NCBI GenBank assembly: GCA_965249575.1
Contig: OZ252244.1
Location: 3,168,001-3,232,000, forward strand
Length of the DNA: 64,000 bases
Direction: 5' to 3'
From: Gemmatimonadales bacterium
Lineage (GTDB): Bacteria; Gemmatimonadota; Gemmatimonadetes; Gemmatimonadales; GWC2-71-9
Position 1 is the stretch's first letter; every line of letters starts with the position of its first letter. Made by a program: the position numbers and the translations under genes. Shown in pieces: positions 30,929 through 41,034 of the stretch. The notes under the pieces were generated by a model. That model worked only from the letters and a program-made list of their open reading frames with translations, had not been told where the DNA came from and made no database searches.

Positions 30929-31896
30929 GCGAGCGCGTGATCGTCACCGGCGCCGCGGGATTCATCGGTGGACACGCGTGCCGGGCGCTCCTCGGGGCAG
31001 GGTACGGCGTAATCGGGTTGGACAATTTCGACCCGTTTTACGATCGCAAAGTCAAGGAAAGCGCTGTCGCCGATCTGTCGGCTTCCGCGACCTTCTCGTT
31101 CGTCGAGGGCGACGTTCGAGACTCCGAGGCTCTGGACCACGTGTGCCGTGGCGCGAGCGTCATCGTCCACTTGGCGGCCCGCGCAGGAGTTCGGCCGAGC
31201 ATCCAGGATCCCGTGTTCTATGCCTCCACCAACGTGGAGGGGACCGTATCAGTCTTGGAGGCGAGCCGCCGAGCGGGAATCCGACGGATCGTGTTCGGGT
31301 CCTCGTCGTCGGTGTACGGCAACAGCTCCGCGGTTCCGTTTTGCGAGACCGCGCCGGCAGTGGATCCCATCTCGCCGTACGCGGCCACGAAACGTGCCGG
31401 CGAACTCATTGCGTCCGTCTACACCGGCCTGCATGGGTTCCGAGTCGCAGCATTGCGATTCTTCACTGCCTATGGTCCCCGGCAGCGACCAGATCTGGCC
31501 ATTCACCGGTTTACCAAGCTCCTGCTCGATGGTCGTACGGTTCCCCAGTACGGCGACGGCTCCAGCGAACGGGACTACACGCACGTCGACGACGTGGTAC
31601 GCGGCGTCGTCGGGGCGATCGAGTGGACGCAGGCTCCGGATGCCGCGTTTGAGATCTTCAACCTTGGCGAATCGAGGATGGTCAGACTCGACTACCTAAT
31701 AGATCTCATCGCGACAGCCGCCGGGGTGCCCGCCGCTGTCGAGACACTTCCCGAGCAGCCCGGTGACGTCCGGCGCACGTGCGCGGATATCCAGAAAGCT
31801 CGGCGCGTCCTGGGTTACGATCCGCAGGTGGTGATTGAAGACGGGATTCCCAAGTTTGTCCAATGGTATCGGGAGGCTTATGGACGTCAGTCCTAA
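30925..31896 (+). CDS. UDP-glucuronate 4-epimerase-like
   Basis: [39 protein letters not shown]. Confidence 0.88.
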   Translation: MSERVIVTGAAGFIGGHACRALLGAGYGVIGLDNFDPFYDRKVKESAVADLSASATFSFVEGDVRDSEALDHVCRGASVIVHLAARAGVRPSIQDPVFYASTNVEGTVSVLEASRRAGIRRIVFGSSSSVYGNSSAVPFCETAPAVDPISPYAATKRAGELIASVYTGLHGFRVAALRFFTAYGPRQRPDLAIHRFTKLLLDGRTVPQYGDGSSERDYTHVDDVVRGVVGAIEWTQAPDAAFEIFNLGESRMVRLDYLIDLIATAAGVPAAVETLPEQPGDVRRTCADIQKARRVLGYDPQVVIEDGIPKFVQWYREAYGRQS

Positions 31897-32590
31897 CCAA
31901 CTCATGGAGCAGGCCAAGGAGCGATTCGCGCTCCAAGACTACTACGGGTGTATCCATCTCCTCGAAGATGTCGTGGAGTCGGGCCGTGCCTTCGCGGATG
32001 CGTACCACCTGCTGGGGCTGGCGTTCCATCTCGTCGATCAGCCCGAGCGCGCACTCGAGCTACTCGATCACGCGCTGTCGCTGAACCCGAACTACGTCGA
32101 GGCGTGCTTGCATCGCGGACTGGTGCTCAACACGCTCGGCCGCTCCGACGACGCAGAGGCTGCCTTTGCGCGCGCCCGGGGAATCAAGGGGCAGGACCAG
32201 CAAGGAATCTCGGCGTTTCAGGCTGCCAAGCTGGCCAATCAGCATGCCGCCTTGGGCGAAGCGTATAGCGAAGCCGGCGCGTTACCCCCCGCCATCGAGC
32301 AGTACCGAGCCGCCCTGCGGCTGGGGCCGGGTTTTCACGACCTCCGCTACAGGCTGGCGAGGCTCCTCCTCGAGGCCGGCCGCTCACTCGATGCCCGCGA
32401 GGAGCTTCAGCAGGTCGTGGATGCCCGTCCCGGGTTCGTCGATGCGCGGGCTGCGCTCGGAATGGCCTATTACGTCTCCGGCGACATGTCATCGGCCCAG
32501 GACATCTGGACGAAGCTCGAGCACGATCATCCCGGCGACGGGCGGGCCAAGGCCTATCTGGCCCTGTTGGAGCGCTCGCAGTCCAAGTGA
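31880..32590 (+). CDS. Tetratricopeptide repeat protein
   Basis: Several TPR units (FADAYHLLG, NPNYVEA, FHDLRYRLA, FVDARAALG). ATG after GGAGG. Confidence 0.85.
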   Translation: MDVSPNQLMEQAKERFALQDYYGCIHLLEDVVESGRAFADAYHLLGLAFHLVDQPERALELLDHALSLNPNYVEACLHRGLVLNTLGRSDDAEAAFARARGIKGQDQQGISAFQAAKLANQHAALGEAYSEAGALPPAIEQYRAALRLGPGFHDLRYRLARLLLEAGRSLDAREELQQVVDARPGFVDARAALGMAYYVSGDMSSAQDIWTKLEHDHPGDGRAKAYLALLERSQSK

Positions 32591-33510
32591 CGAAGCGCGT
32601 CTGTCCGGCGCGACGGTGCGCCGTCTTCGTTTCCGTGCTGATGCTGGGGTGTGGGGGGGGCGCCGCGGATCACGAGACGCTGGGCGACCGGGCCTATACC
32701 GAGCGGCAATTCGGCGATGCAGTCGTCGAGTACCGTCTGGCGCTCCTGCAGCATGCGCCGGACCCGGACGTCAGGGCAAAGGCTGGCGGGGCTGCCCTCC
32801 ACGCCGGTGAGCTGGTGGTGGCCGCCGAGGAATACGCCGCGCTCGCTGTCGAAGCGCCGGAGCGGCAGTCGGAGGCAGCCGACGGGCTCGAGCGGGTGGC
32901 GCGCGCTGCGCTTGACCGGGGGGATGGGGTGGCCGTCGCAGCGGCCATCGCGAATCTTCGGCGGGTCGCCCCGGTGCGGGCGCTGGGTGGGTTCGCGGCT
33001 CAGCTGGCGAGGGGGCTCGGGGCGATCCCGAATGCGGAAGAGGCGGTCGCCATTCTCCCCTACGCGGCCGCCGCCGCTCCCGACGTGCGGATCCAGGACT
33101 CACTTCTCTACGCCTACGCGACCGCCCTGACTCGACGGAGGCGTTGCGCGGATGCCTCGACGGTTTTCGAGGGGTTGATTCGCCGGCAGCGGGACTCCGC
33201 GCTCGTTGCGGCCGCCGGAACCAGCCTGTCACGATGCGCGCTCAGCCTCGGTCGCGGGGCGCTCGACGCCGGGCAGCCGCTGGTAGCGGAGGAGTGGTTT
33301 CGGAAAGCCGTCTTCGACGGGAGTCGCGGTGACTACTCCCGCGCGGCGTACATTGGTTTAGGGGACGTCATGTTCGCGCGTGGGAACTACACCGACGCGG
33401 CGGACGCCTACTACGAAGCCGCCGTTGGCGCACCACCGGGTGACTCGCTCGCCTCCACCGCATGGGAGCGGCTGAACGCGCTCGCGGATGCCGGAACGGT
33501 TGTTCCCTGA
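32587..33510 (+). CDS. TPR-like lipoprotein
   Basis: Signal ending MLGC; Ala-rich TPR-like helices; GTGA overlap with the previous gene. Confidence 0.7.
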   Translation: MTKRVCPARRCAVFVSVLMLGCGGGAADHETLGDRAYTERQFGDAVVEYRLALLQHAPDPDVRAKAGGAALHAGELVVAAEEYAALAVEAPERQSEAADGLERVARAALDRGDGVAVAAAIANLRRVAPVRALGGFAAQLARGLGAIPNAEEAVAILPYAAAAAPDVRIQDSLLYAYATALTRRRRCADASTVFEGLIRRQRDSALVAAAGTSLSRCALSLGRGALDAGQPLVAEEWFRKAVFDGSRGDYSRAAYIGLGDVMFARGNYTDAADAYYEAAVGAPPGDSLASTAWERLNALADAGTVVP

Positions 33511-33527
33511 ACGGTGTTCAAGATTTC

Positions 33528-34262
33528 ATGAGACCGATCGTGATTGGCGCCGTGGCCGTGCTCCTCGGGTGCGGGGGATTCAACCCCCGGAAACACGTGA
33601 CACCCGAGACGCTGTTCGAAGCCTCGAAGCGTGAGTTTCGTCGCGGCAACTTTGGTGGCGCGCTCGAGGGATTCGAGAGCGTGACCGCTCAGCTCCCACG
33701 CAACGACCCCCTGCTGCCGCAGGCGCGGTACTACCTGGCCGAATCCAACTTCGCCCGGACGGAACTGCTGGAGGCCTCTCGGCAATTCCGCCGCGTGTCC
33801 GATGAGCATCCTGCCCACGAGCTGGCGCCGAGGGCCCTGCTTCGAGCGGGCGACGCGTCCGCGGCGCTGTGGTCGCGGCCGGAGCTCGACCCGACATACG
33901 GGCAGGCAGCAATATCGACCTATCGGGAGCTGCTCGGCCGCTTTCCCAACAGCCCGGAAGCAGTGCGTGCCCGGAAGAAGATCGCTGCTTTGGGGGAGCG
34001 CTTTGCAGCGAAGGATTTTCGAAACGGCAACTTCTACTTGCGGCTCGGGGGCTACGACTCGGCCATCATCTATTTCCGCAGCGTCGTGGCGAACTATCCC
34101 GAGAGCCGGACGGCGCCCGCGGCCCTCATCAAGCTCGTCGAGGCCTACCGGAAGATCGGCTATGCCGATGAGCGCCGGGAGACTTGCGCCCATCTCCGGC
34201 GGTACTACGCCGATGCCGAGGGTCTCGACGACGCCTGCCCCGTGGAAGCGGCCGCCCGCTAG
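33528..34262 (+). CDS. bamD: Outer membrane protein assembly factor BamD
   Basis: Lipobox LLGC; TPRs; ELDPTY; GNFYLRLGGYDSAIIYF; YPES. Confidence 0.85.
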   Translation: MRPIVIGAVAVLLGCGGFNPRKHVTPETLFEASKREFRRGNFGGALEGFESVTAQLPRNDPLLPQARYYLAESNFARTELLEASRQFRRVSDEHPAHELAPRALLRAGDASAALWSRPELDPTYGQAAISTYRELLGRFPNSPEAVRARKKIAALGERFAAKDFRNGNFYLRLGGYDSAIIYFRSVVANYPESRTAPAALIKLVEAYRKIGYADERRETCAHLRRYYADAEGLDDACPVEAAAR

Positions 34263-34269
34263 GCCCGCG

Positions 34270-34845
34270 GTGCGCGTTGGGGTGTTCGGCGGGTCGTTCG
34301 ACCCGGTTCACAACGGGCACTTGCGGGCGGCGCGGCTGGTGGCCGATCGGCTCAACCTCGACCAAGTTCGCTGGATCCCGGCTCGCGATCAGCCGTTCAA
34401 GTCGGGCCGTCACATTGCGTCCCCCACCGACCGGGTCGCGATGCTCCGCATTGCGCTGGGCGATGCTCCCGACTCAGTCCTGGATCATCGGGAGCTCCAC
34501 CGATCCGGCCCGTCCTATACCGTCGATACGCTGCGGGAGCTGGCGACGGAGTTTCCGGACGACCGGTTATTCTTATTGCTTGGGGCGGATGCCGCTCGTG
34601 AGTTCCCGGCGTGGCGCGAGGCGAACGACGTGGCGCGGCTAGCCCACGTCGTCGCGTTCACGCGAGCGGGCGCCCTGTTGCCGGACCATCCCCTGATCGG
34701 GACGCGACTGGACGTGCCGGCCCTGGAGATCTCGGCGACCGCGATTCGCGATGCCGCTGCCAGGGGAGAATCCGTTGGCGGAGCGGTCCCCGTGGGGGTC
34801 GCCCGGTACATCTGGGATCACCACCTGTACGGAAGCGAGGGTTAA
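34270..34845 (+). CDS. nadD: Nicotinate-nucleotide adenylyltransferase
   Basis: GVFGGSFDPVHNGH, SYTVDTL, LLGAD, ISATAIR. Confidence 0.95.
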   Translation: MRVGVFGGSFDPVHNGHLRAARLVADRLNLDQVRWIPARDQPFKSGRHIASPTDRVAMLRIALGDAPDSVLDHRELHRSGPSYTVDTLRELATEFPDDRLFLLLGADAAREFPAWREANDVARLAHVVAFTRAGALLPDHPLIGTRLDVPALEISATAIRDAAARGESVGGAVPVGVARYIWDHHLYGSEG

Positions 34846-37800
34846 TGCTCAAGGGGCTGGTCGCCAAGGTCGTCGGGACTCGGTTCGATCGCGAGCTCAA
34901 GCGCTTGCAGCCGATCATCGATCGAATCCACGAGCACGAAGCGCGCCTCGGCGGCTTGAGCGATCAGGAAATCCAGGGACAAACCGCAAAATTCCGCGAG
35001 GTGCTCCACGGGCGGCTGGGCGAGACGGAACAGGCGCTCGTGGGGAAGCGTGAAGCGAAACATGCCTGCGCCGATGGAGGGGAACGCGACGCGCTCGACC
35101 GGGAGATACACGATCTTGAGGCAACGCTGCGGCGGGATACGCAGCGTGCCCTCGACGACCTGCTGCCCGAGGCCTTTGCCACCGTCCGAGAAGCCTGCCG
35201 GCGCCTCCTCGGGACCGAAGTCGTCGTCACCGGTCACGAGCTCACCTGGGACATGGTGCCGTACGACGTTCAACTGATTGGCGGCATCGTGCTGCACCGC
35301 GGGAAGATTGCCGAGATGGCGACCGGCGAGGGAAAGACCCTCGTCGCGACGCTGCCCCTGTATCTAAACGCGCTCCCCGGGCGAGGGACGCACCTGGTGA
35401 CCGTGAACAACTACCTCGCCCGACGGGACTCACAGTGGATGGGTCACCTGCTCACGTACCTCGGTTTGACCGTCGGGTGTCTCGATGACACCACGCCGTC
35501 CAGCCCGGAGCGCAGGGCCGCCTACGAGTCCGACATCTGTTATGGGACTAACAACGAGTTCGGATTCGACTACCTCCGTGACAACATGGTGTTCACACTC
35601 GACCAACGTGTGCAGCGCGCGCACACCTACGCGATCATCGACGAGGTCGATAGCATCCTAGTCGATGAGGCCCGCACGCCGCTCATCATCTCCGGACCGG
35701 TCGGGAACGAGGGCGACAAGAAGTACGCGGACTTCAACGCCCAAGTGCAGCGGCTGGTGCGGAAGCAAACCGCCGTGGTCAGCCAGCTGGTCGCCGAAGC
35801 GGAGCCTCTGCTGAGCGACGAGGAGCATCGGTACGAGGCTGGCATCAAGCTGTTCAAAGCACAGAAGGGAATGCCGAAGAACAAGCGACTCATGAAACTC
35901 TTTCAGGAGCCCGCCGAAAAGCAGTTGGTGCAGCGGGCCGAGCTCGATTACATCGCCGATCGCAAGCTCCCGGTCACGAAACAAAACATGAGGGATCTCG
36001 AGGAGGATCTCTTCTTCGTGATGGACGAGCGGGGCCATGCCGTCCACCTGACCGATCGCGGCGTGGAAATGATGAGTCCCGACGACCCGGGTCTGTTCGT
36101 CATCCCGGACATCTCCGAGGAAATTGGGGCGGTCGATCGGGAGGAGGGACTGTCCGCGGAGGAAAAACTGGAGCGCCGCCGCCAGCTCGAGGCGGACTAC
36201 GCCGCCAAGAGCGAGAAGCTCCACATCATCCACAAGCTGCTGCAAGCGTACGCGCTGTACGAGAAGGACGTGGAGTACGTGGTGCAGGAGGGTCAGGTCT
36301 TCATCGTCGACGAGTTCACCGGCCGGATCATGGCGGGCCGCCGCTGGTCAGACGGCCTGCACCAGGCGATCGAGGCCAAGGAAGGCGTCACGGTTCGTGG
36401 GGAGACCCAGACACTCGCGACCATCACGATCCAGAACTATTTCCGCATGTACGAGAAGCTGGCGGGGATGACCGGGACGGCGGAGACCGAAGAAACGGAG
36501 TTCTTCCAGATATACGGGCTCGAGGTCATGGTCATCCCCACCAACCGGCCGGCCCGCCGCATCGACAATCACGACCTCATCTACCGCACCCGCAGGGAGA
36601 AGTACAACGCGATCGCCGACGAAGTCGGTCGCCAACATGAACGGGGCCTACCGGTTCTCGTCGGCACCGTGACCGTCGAAGTGTCCGAGACGCTATCGCG
36701 CATGCTGAAGCGCCGGGGACTCAAACATGAAGTGCTGAACGCGAAGTTACATCAGCGCGAAGCCGAGATCGTCTCGCAGGCAGGACGCCAGGGAGCGATT
36801 ACGATTGCCACCAACATGGCGGGCCGGGGCACGGACATCAAACTCGGGGCGGGTGTCAAGCAGTGCCAGGTGTGCGGCATTCTTTCCAAGATGGCACCCT
36901 TCGGGCAAGCGGTGGAGCAGCCCGACTTGACCCAGCCCGAAATCAAGCAGCGAGGCTGCTACGACGATCCACCCTGCGGGCTGGTCATCGTCGGGACGGA
37001 GCGACACGAGTCGCGACGGATTGACCGGCAGCTGCGGGGGCGGTCCGGCCGGCAGGGAGATCCCGGCGCGAGTGTATTCTTTCTCTCGCTCGAAGACGAC
37101 CTGATGCGCCTGTTCGGCTCCGACCGTATCGCCCGCTGGATGGAGCGAACGGGGGCGGAGGAGGGCGAGGTCATTACGCACCCCCTCGTGACTCGGGCAA
37201 TTGGCAACGCGCAGAAGCGGGTCGAGCTCCAGAATTTTCAGGCGCGTAAGCGCCTGCTCGAATACGACGATGTCATGAACCAACAGCGCGAGGTCATTTA
37301 CGGTCTCCGCTTGTTCGCGCTCGACGGGGGTGAAGAGCTCAAAGGGGAAGCGATCAAGATGGTCGAGGCCGCGATGGAGCGCTTTGCCAATCAGGAGGCT
37401 GGCGAGGAGGACCCAGACGGGTGGGATCGGCACCTCGTGTCGACCGAGCTCGTGATGCGCTTCCTCATCTCCGTGCCCGATATCGAGCACGCGGACCGCG
37501 TTCCGGATCTCGAAGCCCTCAAGTCCCTCTTGAAGGACGCCGGACGGCAAGCGTTCCAGGCAAAGCTGGACTCGTGGGTGCAGCTTGGCCGGCGCCACGC
37601 GGTTGAGGATCTACCGGACCGGCTCCTATCGCACGTGATGCTGCAAGTACTCGATGAGAAGTGGAAAGACCACCTGTACGACCTGGATCAACTCCGTCAC
37701 GCCATCCATTTCCGGGCCTGGGGTCAGAAGGACCCGTTGATCGAGTACAAGCAGGACGCCTTCGACATGTTCATGGACCTGATGAACGACGTCCGGTCGA

Positions 37801-38099
37801 CCTTGGCGGAACGGCTACTGAAGTTCCAGGTGCAGATCAGCGCTGGCCCGCCGACCCGGGGCCCATCCACCGCCCCTGTGGGGACGCCGGTCAAGGAGCC
37901 GCTGTCAGACGCTGATCTACTCGTTCCCGGGGCAGCGCGCGCGGCCGCCTCGGTACCGGCAGATGCGGCGGGCCGTGAGCCTCCCGCCACCGCTCGCTCG
38001 GCTGGGCCGGTGAGCGCCGTTCCGAAGGTTGGGCGCAACGACCCGTGTCCCTGCGGAAGCGGTCGTAAGTTTAAGAAGTGTCATGGGTTGAACACGTAG
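34845..38099 (+). CDS. secA: Preprotein translocase ATPase SecA
   Basis: EMATGEGKT, DEVDSILVDEARTPLIISG, TNMAGRGTDI, GRSGRQGDPG, SEC-C GRNDPCPCGSGRKFKKCHG. ATG overlaps the nadD stop. Confidence 0.98.
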   Translation: MLKGLVAKVVGTRFDRELKRLQPIIDRIHEHEARLGGLSDQEIQGQTAKFREVLHGRLGETEQALVGKREAKHACADGGERDALDREIHDLEATLRRDTQRALDDLLPEAFATVREACRRLLGTEVVVTGHELTWDMVPYDVQLIGGIVLHRGKIAEMATGEGKTLVATLPLYLNALPGRGTHLVTVNNYLARRDSQWMGHLLTYLGLTVGCLDDTTPSSPERRAAYESDICYGTNNEFGFDYLRDNMVFTLDQRVQRAHTYAIIDEVDSILVDEARTPLIISGPVGNEGDKKYADFNAQVQRLVRKQTAVVSQLVAEAEPLLSDEEHRYEAGIKLFKAQKGMPKNKRLMKLFQEPAEKQLVQRAELDYIADRKLPVTKQNMRDLEEDLFFVMDERGHAVHLTDRGVEMMSPDDPGLFVIPDISEEIGAVDREEGLSAEEKLERRRQLEADYAAKSEKLHIIHKLLQAYALYEKDVEYVVQEGQVFIVDEFTGRIMAGRRWSDGLHQAIEAKEGVTVRGETQTLATITIQNYFRMYEKLAGMTGTAETEETEFFQIYGLEVMVIPTNRPARRIDNHDLIYRTRREKYNAIADEVGRQHERGLPVLVGTVTVEVSETLSRMLKRRGLKHEVLNAKLHQREAEIVSQAGRQGAITIATNMAGRGTDIKLGAGVKQCQVCGILSKMAPFGQAVEQPDLTQPEIKQRGCYDDPPCGLVIVGTERHESRRIDRQLRGRSGRQGDPGASVFFLSLEDDLMRLFGSDRIARWMERTGAEEGEVITHPLVTRAIGNAQKRVELQNFQARKRLLEYDDVMNQQREVIYGLRLFALDGGEELKGEAIKMVEAAMERFANQEAGEEDPDGWDRHLVSTELVMRFLISVPDIEHADRVPDLEALKSLLKDAGRQAFQAKLDSWVQLGRRHAVEDLPDRLLSHVMLQVLDEKWKDHLYDLDQLRHAIHFRAWGQKDPLIEYKQDAFDMFMDLMNDVRSTLAERLLKFQVQISAGPPTRGPSTAPVGTPVKEPLSDADLLVPGAARAAASVPADAAGREPPATARSAGPVSAVPKVGRNDPCPCGSGRKFKKCHGLNT

Positions 38100-38181
38100 C
38101 CCGATTCGACTCGACACGCTCACGCCACCGGGTGCGTCGAAATGTACCCCTGGCGCCGCGCAGCCCCACGAGATTGCCTGG

Positions 38182-38865
38182 ATGGCCCACCGCTTAGCGG
38201 ATACCGGACCGCAGGAACGCCCACGAGAGCGTCTCTTCACCCTGGGTCCGGCCGCGTTGACGGCTGTGGAGTTGGTCGCCATCCTGATAGGGACCGGCAC
38301 GCGCCGCGACGATGTGTTGGTGGTCGCGGAGAACGTGCTCTCGGAGTCCGGCGGGTCGCTCCGGCGCCTCGCGGGGCGTCCGGCCGGAGTGTTGGCACGG
38401 GTCCCGGGAGTCGGTCGCGCAAAGGCTGGGCGCGTGACGGCGGCGCTCGAATTAGCGCGACGGCTGGCAGGGGAATCGCGCGCTGCGGTCTGTCAGGTGC
38501 GCACCCCCTCCGACGTGCAGCGCTGGTGCGGTCCCGCGCTCCGAGACCTCACCGTGGAGGAGTTTCACATCTTGACCCTCGATGCGCAGAACTGCATTAC
38601 CCGCGATTTGCTCATCACGCGAGGTATCTTGAACGTTTCATTGGTCCACCCCCGGGAGGTATTCCGGGCGGCCATCGCCGAGGCGGCGGCTGGGGTGATC
38701 GTGGTACACAACCATCCGAGCGGCAACCCCGCACCGTCCGCCGACGATCGGGCCGTGACGAAGCAGCTGGTGGATGCGGGACGCGTCCTCGACATCCCCG
38801 TGTACGATCACGTGGTGGTGGGTGGCGATCGATACTTCAGCTTCGCCGAAGGCGGGCTATTGTGA
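38182..38865 (+). CDS. radC: RadC/JAB domain protein
   Basis: ERPRERL, HhH, VHPREVF, HNHPSG...SADD. Confidence 0.95.
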   Translation: MAHRLADTGPQERPRERLFTLGPAALTAVELVAILIGTGTRRDDVLVVAENVLSESGGSLRRLAGRPAGVLARVPGVGRAKAGRVTAALELARRLAGESRAAVCQVRTPSDVQRWCGPALRDLTVEEFHILTLDAQNCITRDLLITRGILNVSLVHPREVFRAAIAEAAAGVIVVHNHPSGNPAPSADDRAVTKQLVDAGRVLDIPVYDHVVVGGDRYFSFAEGGLL

Positions 38866-41030
38866 CCGGGGCACTGGTCGACGTCGATTCCCGTTTTGCC
38901 GGGGCGCTAGCGGCCCGCAAGGACCGGCTCGATATCGCCCTACTCGAGCGGGCCTACCAGTTCAGCGCGTTGGCGCACCGCGGGCAAAAGCGCCTTTCGG
39001 GTGACGCCTTCGTATCCCATTCCGTCGAAGTCGCCCACATCCTCGTCGAGCAACAACTCGATACCGTGACGGTCGCGGCGGCGCTCTTGCACGACGTCGT
39101 CGAGGACGCCGAGATCACCATTTCAGAGATCGAGGCGGCGTTCGGGGAGGAAGTGGCCGGTATCGTCGACGGGTTGACGAAGATCTCCAGCCTGCGATTC
39201 CAATCGAGTGCCGAGGCCCAGGTGGAGAACTATCGAAAGCTCCTGCTGTCGGTCGCTCGGGATGCTCGCGTGATCATCGTGAAACTCGCCGACCGCTTGC
39301 ACAACATGCGGACCCTTCAACACTTGCCGGCCGACCGCCAGCAGCGCATCGCGCTCGAGACGCGCGAGATCTACGCGCCCCTGGCTCACCGGTTCGGCAT
39401 GGCCGGTATGAAGGCGGAACTCGAAGATTTGGCGTTTCGGTTTCTCGAGCGGGAGGATTATCAGGCGCTCGGCACCGGCGTCCAGGCGGGACGAGACGAG
39501 CGGAAAGAGATGATCGATCGGCTGCGGGTGCCGCTAGCGGAGGCGCTCGGTCGCGCCGGCATCGCCGAATTCGAGATCACGGGCCGGCCGAAGCACTTGT
39601 GGTCAATTTACAATAAAATGAAGCGCCGCGACCGACCCCTCGACGAGATCTACGATCTCATGGCCGTCAGGGTGCTCGTCGACACCGTGCCCGACTGCTA
39701 TCACGTGCTCGGCGTCGTTCACCATCAGTGGACGCCATTGCAGGAGCGCATCAAGGACTACATCGCGTCGCCCAAGTCGAACGCTTATCAAGCCTTGCAT
39801 ACAACTATTTTCGGACCGGGCGGTCAGCTGTACGAGATCCAGATCCGCACGCGGGAAATGCATCGCACCGCGGAGTACGGAATCGCGGCCCACTGGGTAT
39901 ACAAGGAGGGGCGGAAGCCCGACAAGCTCGACAGCCACTTTGCGTGGTTCCGGCAACTGCTGGAGCTGCAGCAGGATGCTCACAGCCCCGAAGAGTTTCT
40001 CGAATTCTTGAAAATCGATCTCTACCAGGACGAGATCTTCGTATTCACTCCAAAGGGCGATGTCAAACGTCTCCCCACCGGATCTACACCCATCGACTTC
40101 GCCTTTGCCGTGCACACGGAGGTCGGACTCCGTTGCCAGGGCGCCAAGGTAAACGGGCGCATCGCGCCCCTCCATCGTTCGTTGCGTAACGGAGACACGG
40201 TCACGGTGCTCACGGGGCAGCAGCCACGGCCAAGTCGCGATTGGGTGGCCCACGTGCAGACGGCCCGGGCGCGGCACAAGATCCGGCAGTGGATCAAACA
40301 GGAAGAGGCTGCGGCGAGCATTGCGCTGGGTAAGGAAATCCTTGCTCGAGAGCTCCGCAGGCGCCGACTCACCCTTCCGGACGACGCGACCGTGCGGCAG
40401 CGCACTGAGGGGATCGTGGTCGATGTGGAGGGACTGTACCAGGCTCTCGGCAGCGGAGATCTCCCGATCGGCCGGGTGATCCGGGCGCTGTTCCCGGACC
40501 AGTCGGCCGACCAGCTGCAGGGGTCCAAGCCGAGCGGTTTCGGGCGGGTACTCGAGCGCATTCGGTTCGGCCGCGGGGTGCGGATCCAGGGCGTCCACGG
40601 CCTCATGCTGAGATATGCGCAGTGCTGCCAGCCGGTTCCCGGTGATCCTGTCGTCGGTTACGTCACGAGAGGCCGGGGCGTGTCGATCCATCGGGTGGAC
40701 TGCCCAAACCTTCTCGCGATGTCGACAGAGCCAGAGCGGCGCGTGGAGATCGATTGGCAGTCGATGGAAGGGGAGGTCTTCGTCGTGCGACTCGGAGTGG
40801 TTGGGGAAGACCGCCGCGGGCTCTATGCCGATTTGATGGAGGGGGTGTCGCAGACGGGGACCAACACTCGGAGCGCCGAACTCTCGAGCAAGGATGGGGC
40901 CATGTTTGGATCGGTGCTCGTCGAGGTCGAGAACCACGCTCATCTATCCAAGGTCATGAAGGCGATGCGGCGCGTGAAGGGCGTTTCGGAAGTCGAGCGT
41001 CGGGAGCCGGCTCCACGTATCGGCGAGTAG
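38862..41030 (+). CDS. Bifunctional (p)ppGpp synthetase/hydrolase (Rel/SpoT)
   Basis: LLHDVVED hydrolase motif, [17 protein letters not shown] (RxKD), [17 protein letters not shown]. Confidence 0.96.
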   Translation: MTGALVDVDSRFAGALAARKDRLDIALLERAYQFSALAHRGQKRLSGDAFVSHSVEVAHILVEQQLDTVTVAAALLHDVVEDAEITISEIEAAFGEEVAGIVDGLTKISSLRFQSSAEAQVENYRKLLLSVARDARVIIVKLADRLHNMRTLQHLPADRQQRIALETREIYAPLAHRFGMAGMKAELEDLAFRFLEREDYQALGTGVQAGRDERKEMIDRLRVPLAEALGRAGIAEFEITGRPKHLWSIYNKMKRRDRPLDEIYDLMAVRVLVDTVPDCYHVLGVVHHQWTPLQERIKDYIASPKSNAYQALHTTIFGPGGQLYEIQIRTREMHRTAEYGIAAHWVYKEGRKPDKLDSHFAWFRQLLELQQDAHSPEEFLEFLKIDLYQDEIFVFTPKGDVKRLPTGSTPIDFAFAVHTEVGLRCQGAKVNGRIAPLHRSLRNGDTVTVLTGQQPRPSRDWVAHVQTARARHKIRQWIKQEEAAASIALGKEILARELRRRRLTLPDDATVRQRTEGIVVDVEGLYQALGSGDLPIGRVIRALFPDQSADQLQGSKPSGFGRVLERIRFGRGVRIQGVHGLMLRYAQCCQPVPGDPVVGYVTRGRGVSIHRVDCPNLLAMSTEPERRVEIDWQSMEGEVFVVRLGVVGEDRRGLYADLMEGVSQTGTNTRSAELSSKDGAMFGSVLVEVENHAHLSKVMKAMRRVKGVSEVERREPAPRIGE

Positions 41031-41034
41031 CTCC

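Noticed and set aside
33802..34269. N-terminal extension of NadD (347-aa ORF)
   Set aside because: Alternate frame of bamD. NadD homology starts at GTG 34270.
34611..34844. 78-aa N-terminal extension of SecA in the ORF track
   Set aside because: It overlaps nadD. ATG 34845 (TAATG coupling after GAGG) gives a normal SecA start.
38142..38861. 240-aa N-terminal extension of Rel, suggesting a fusion
   Set aside because: It is an alternate frame of radC with Arg/Gly-rich non-protein-like composition. The likely start is GTG 38862.
38182..38865. radC as a mobile-element or defence marker, or as the missing JAB partner of CysM/MoeZ
   Set aside because: It is the full-length chromosomal type in housekeeping context and belongs to a different JAB clade from Mec.
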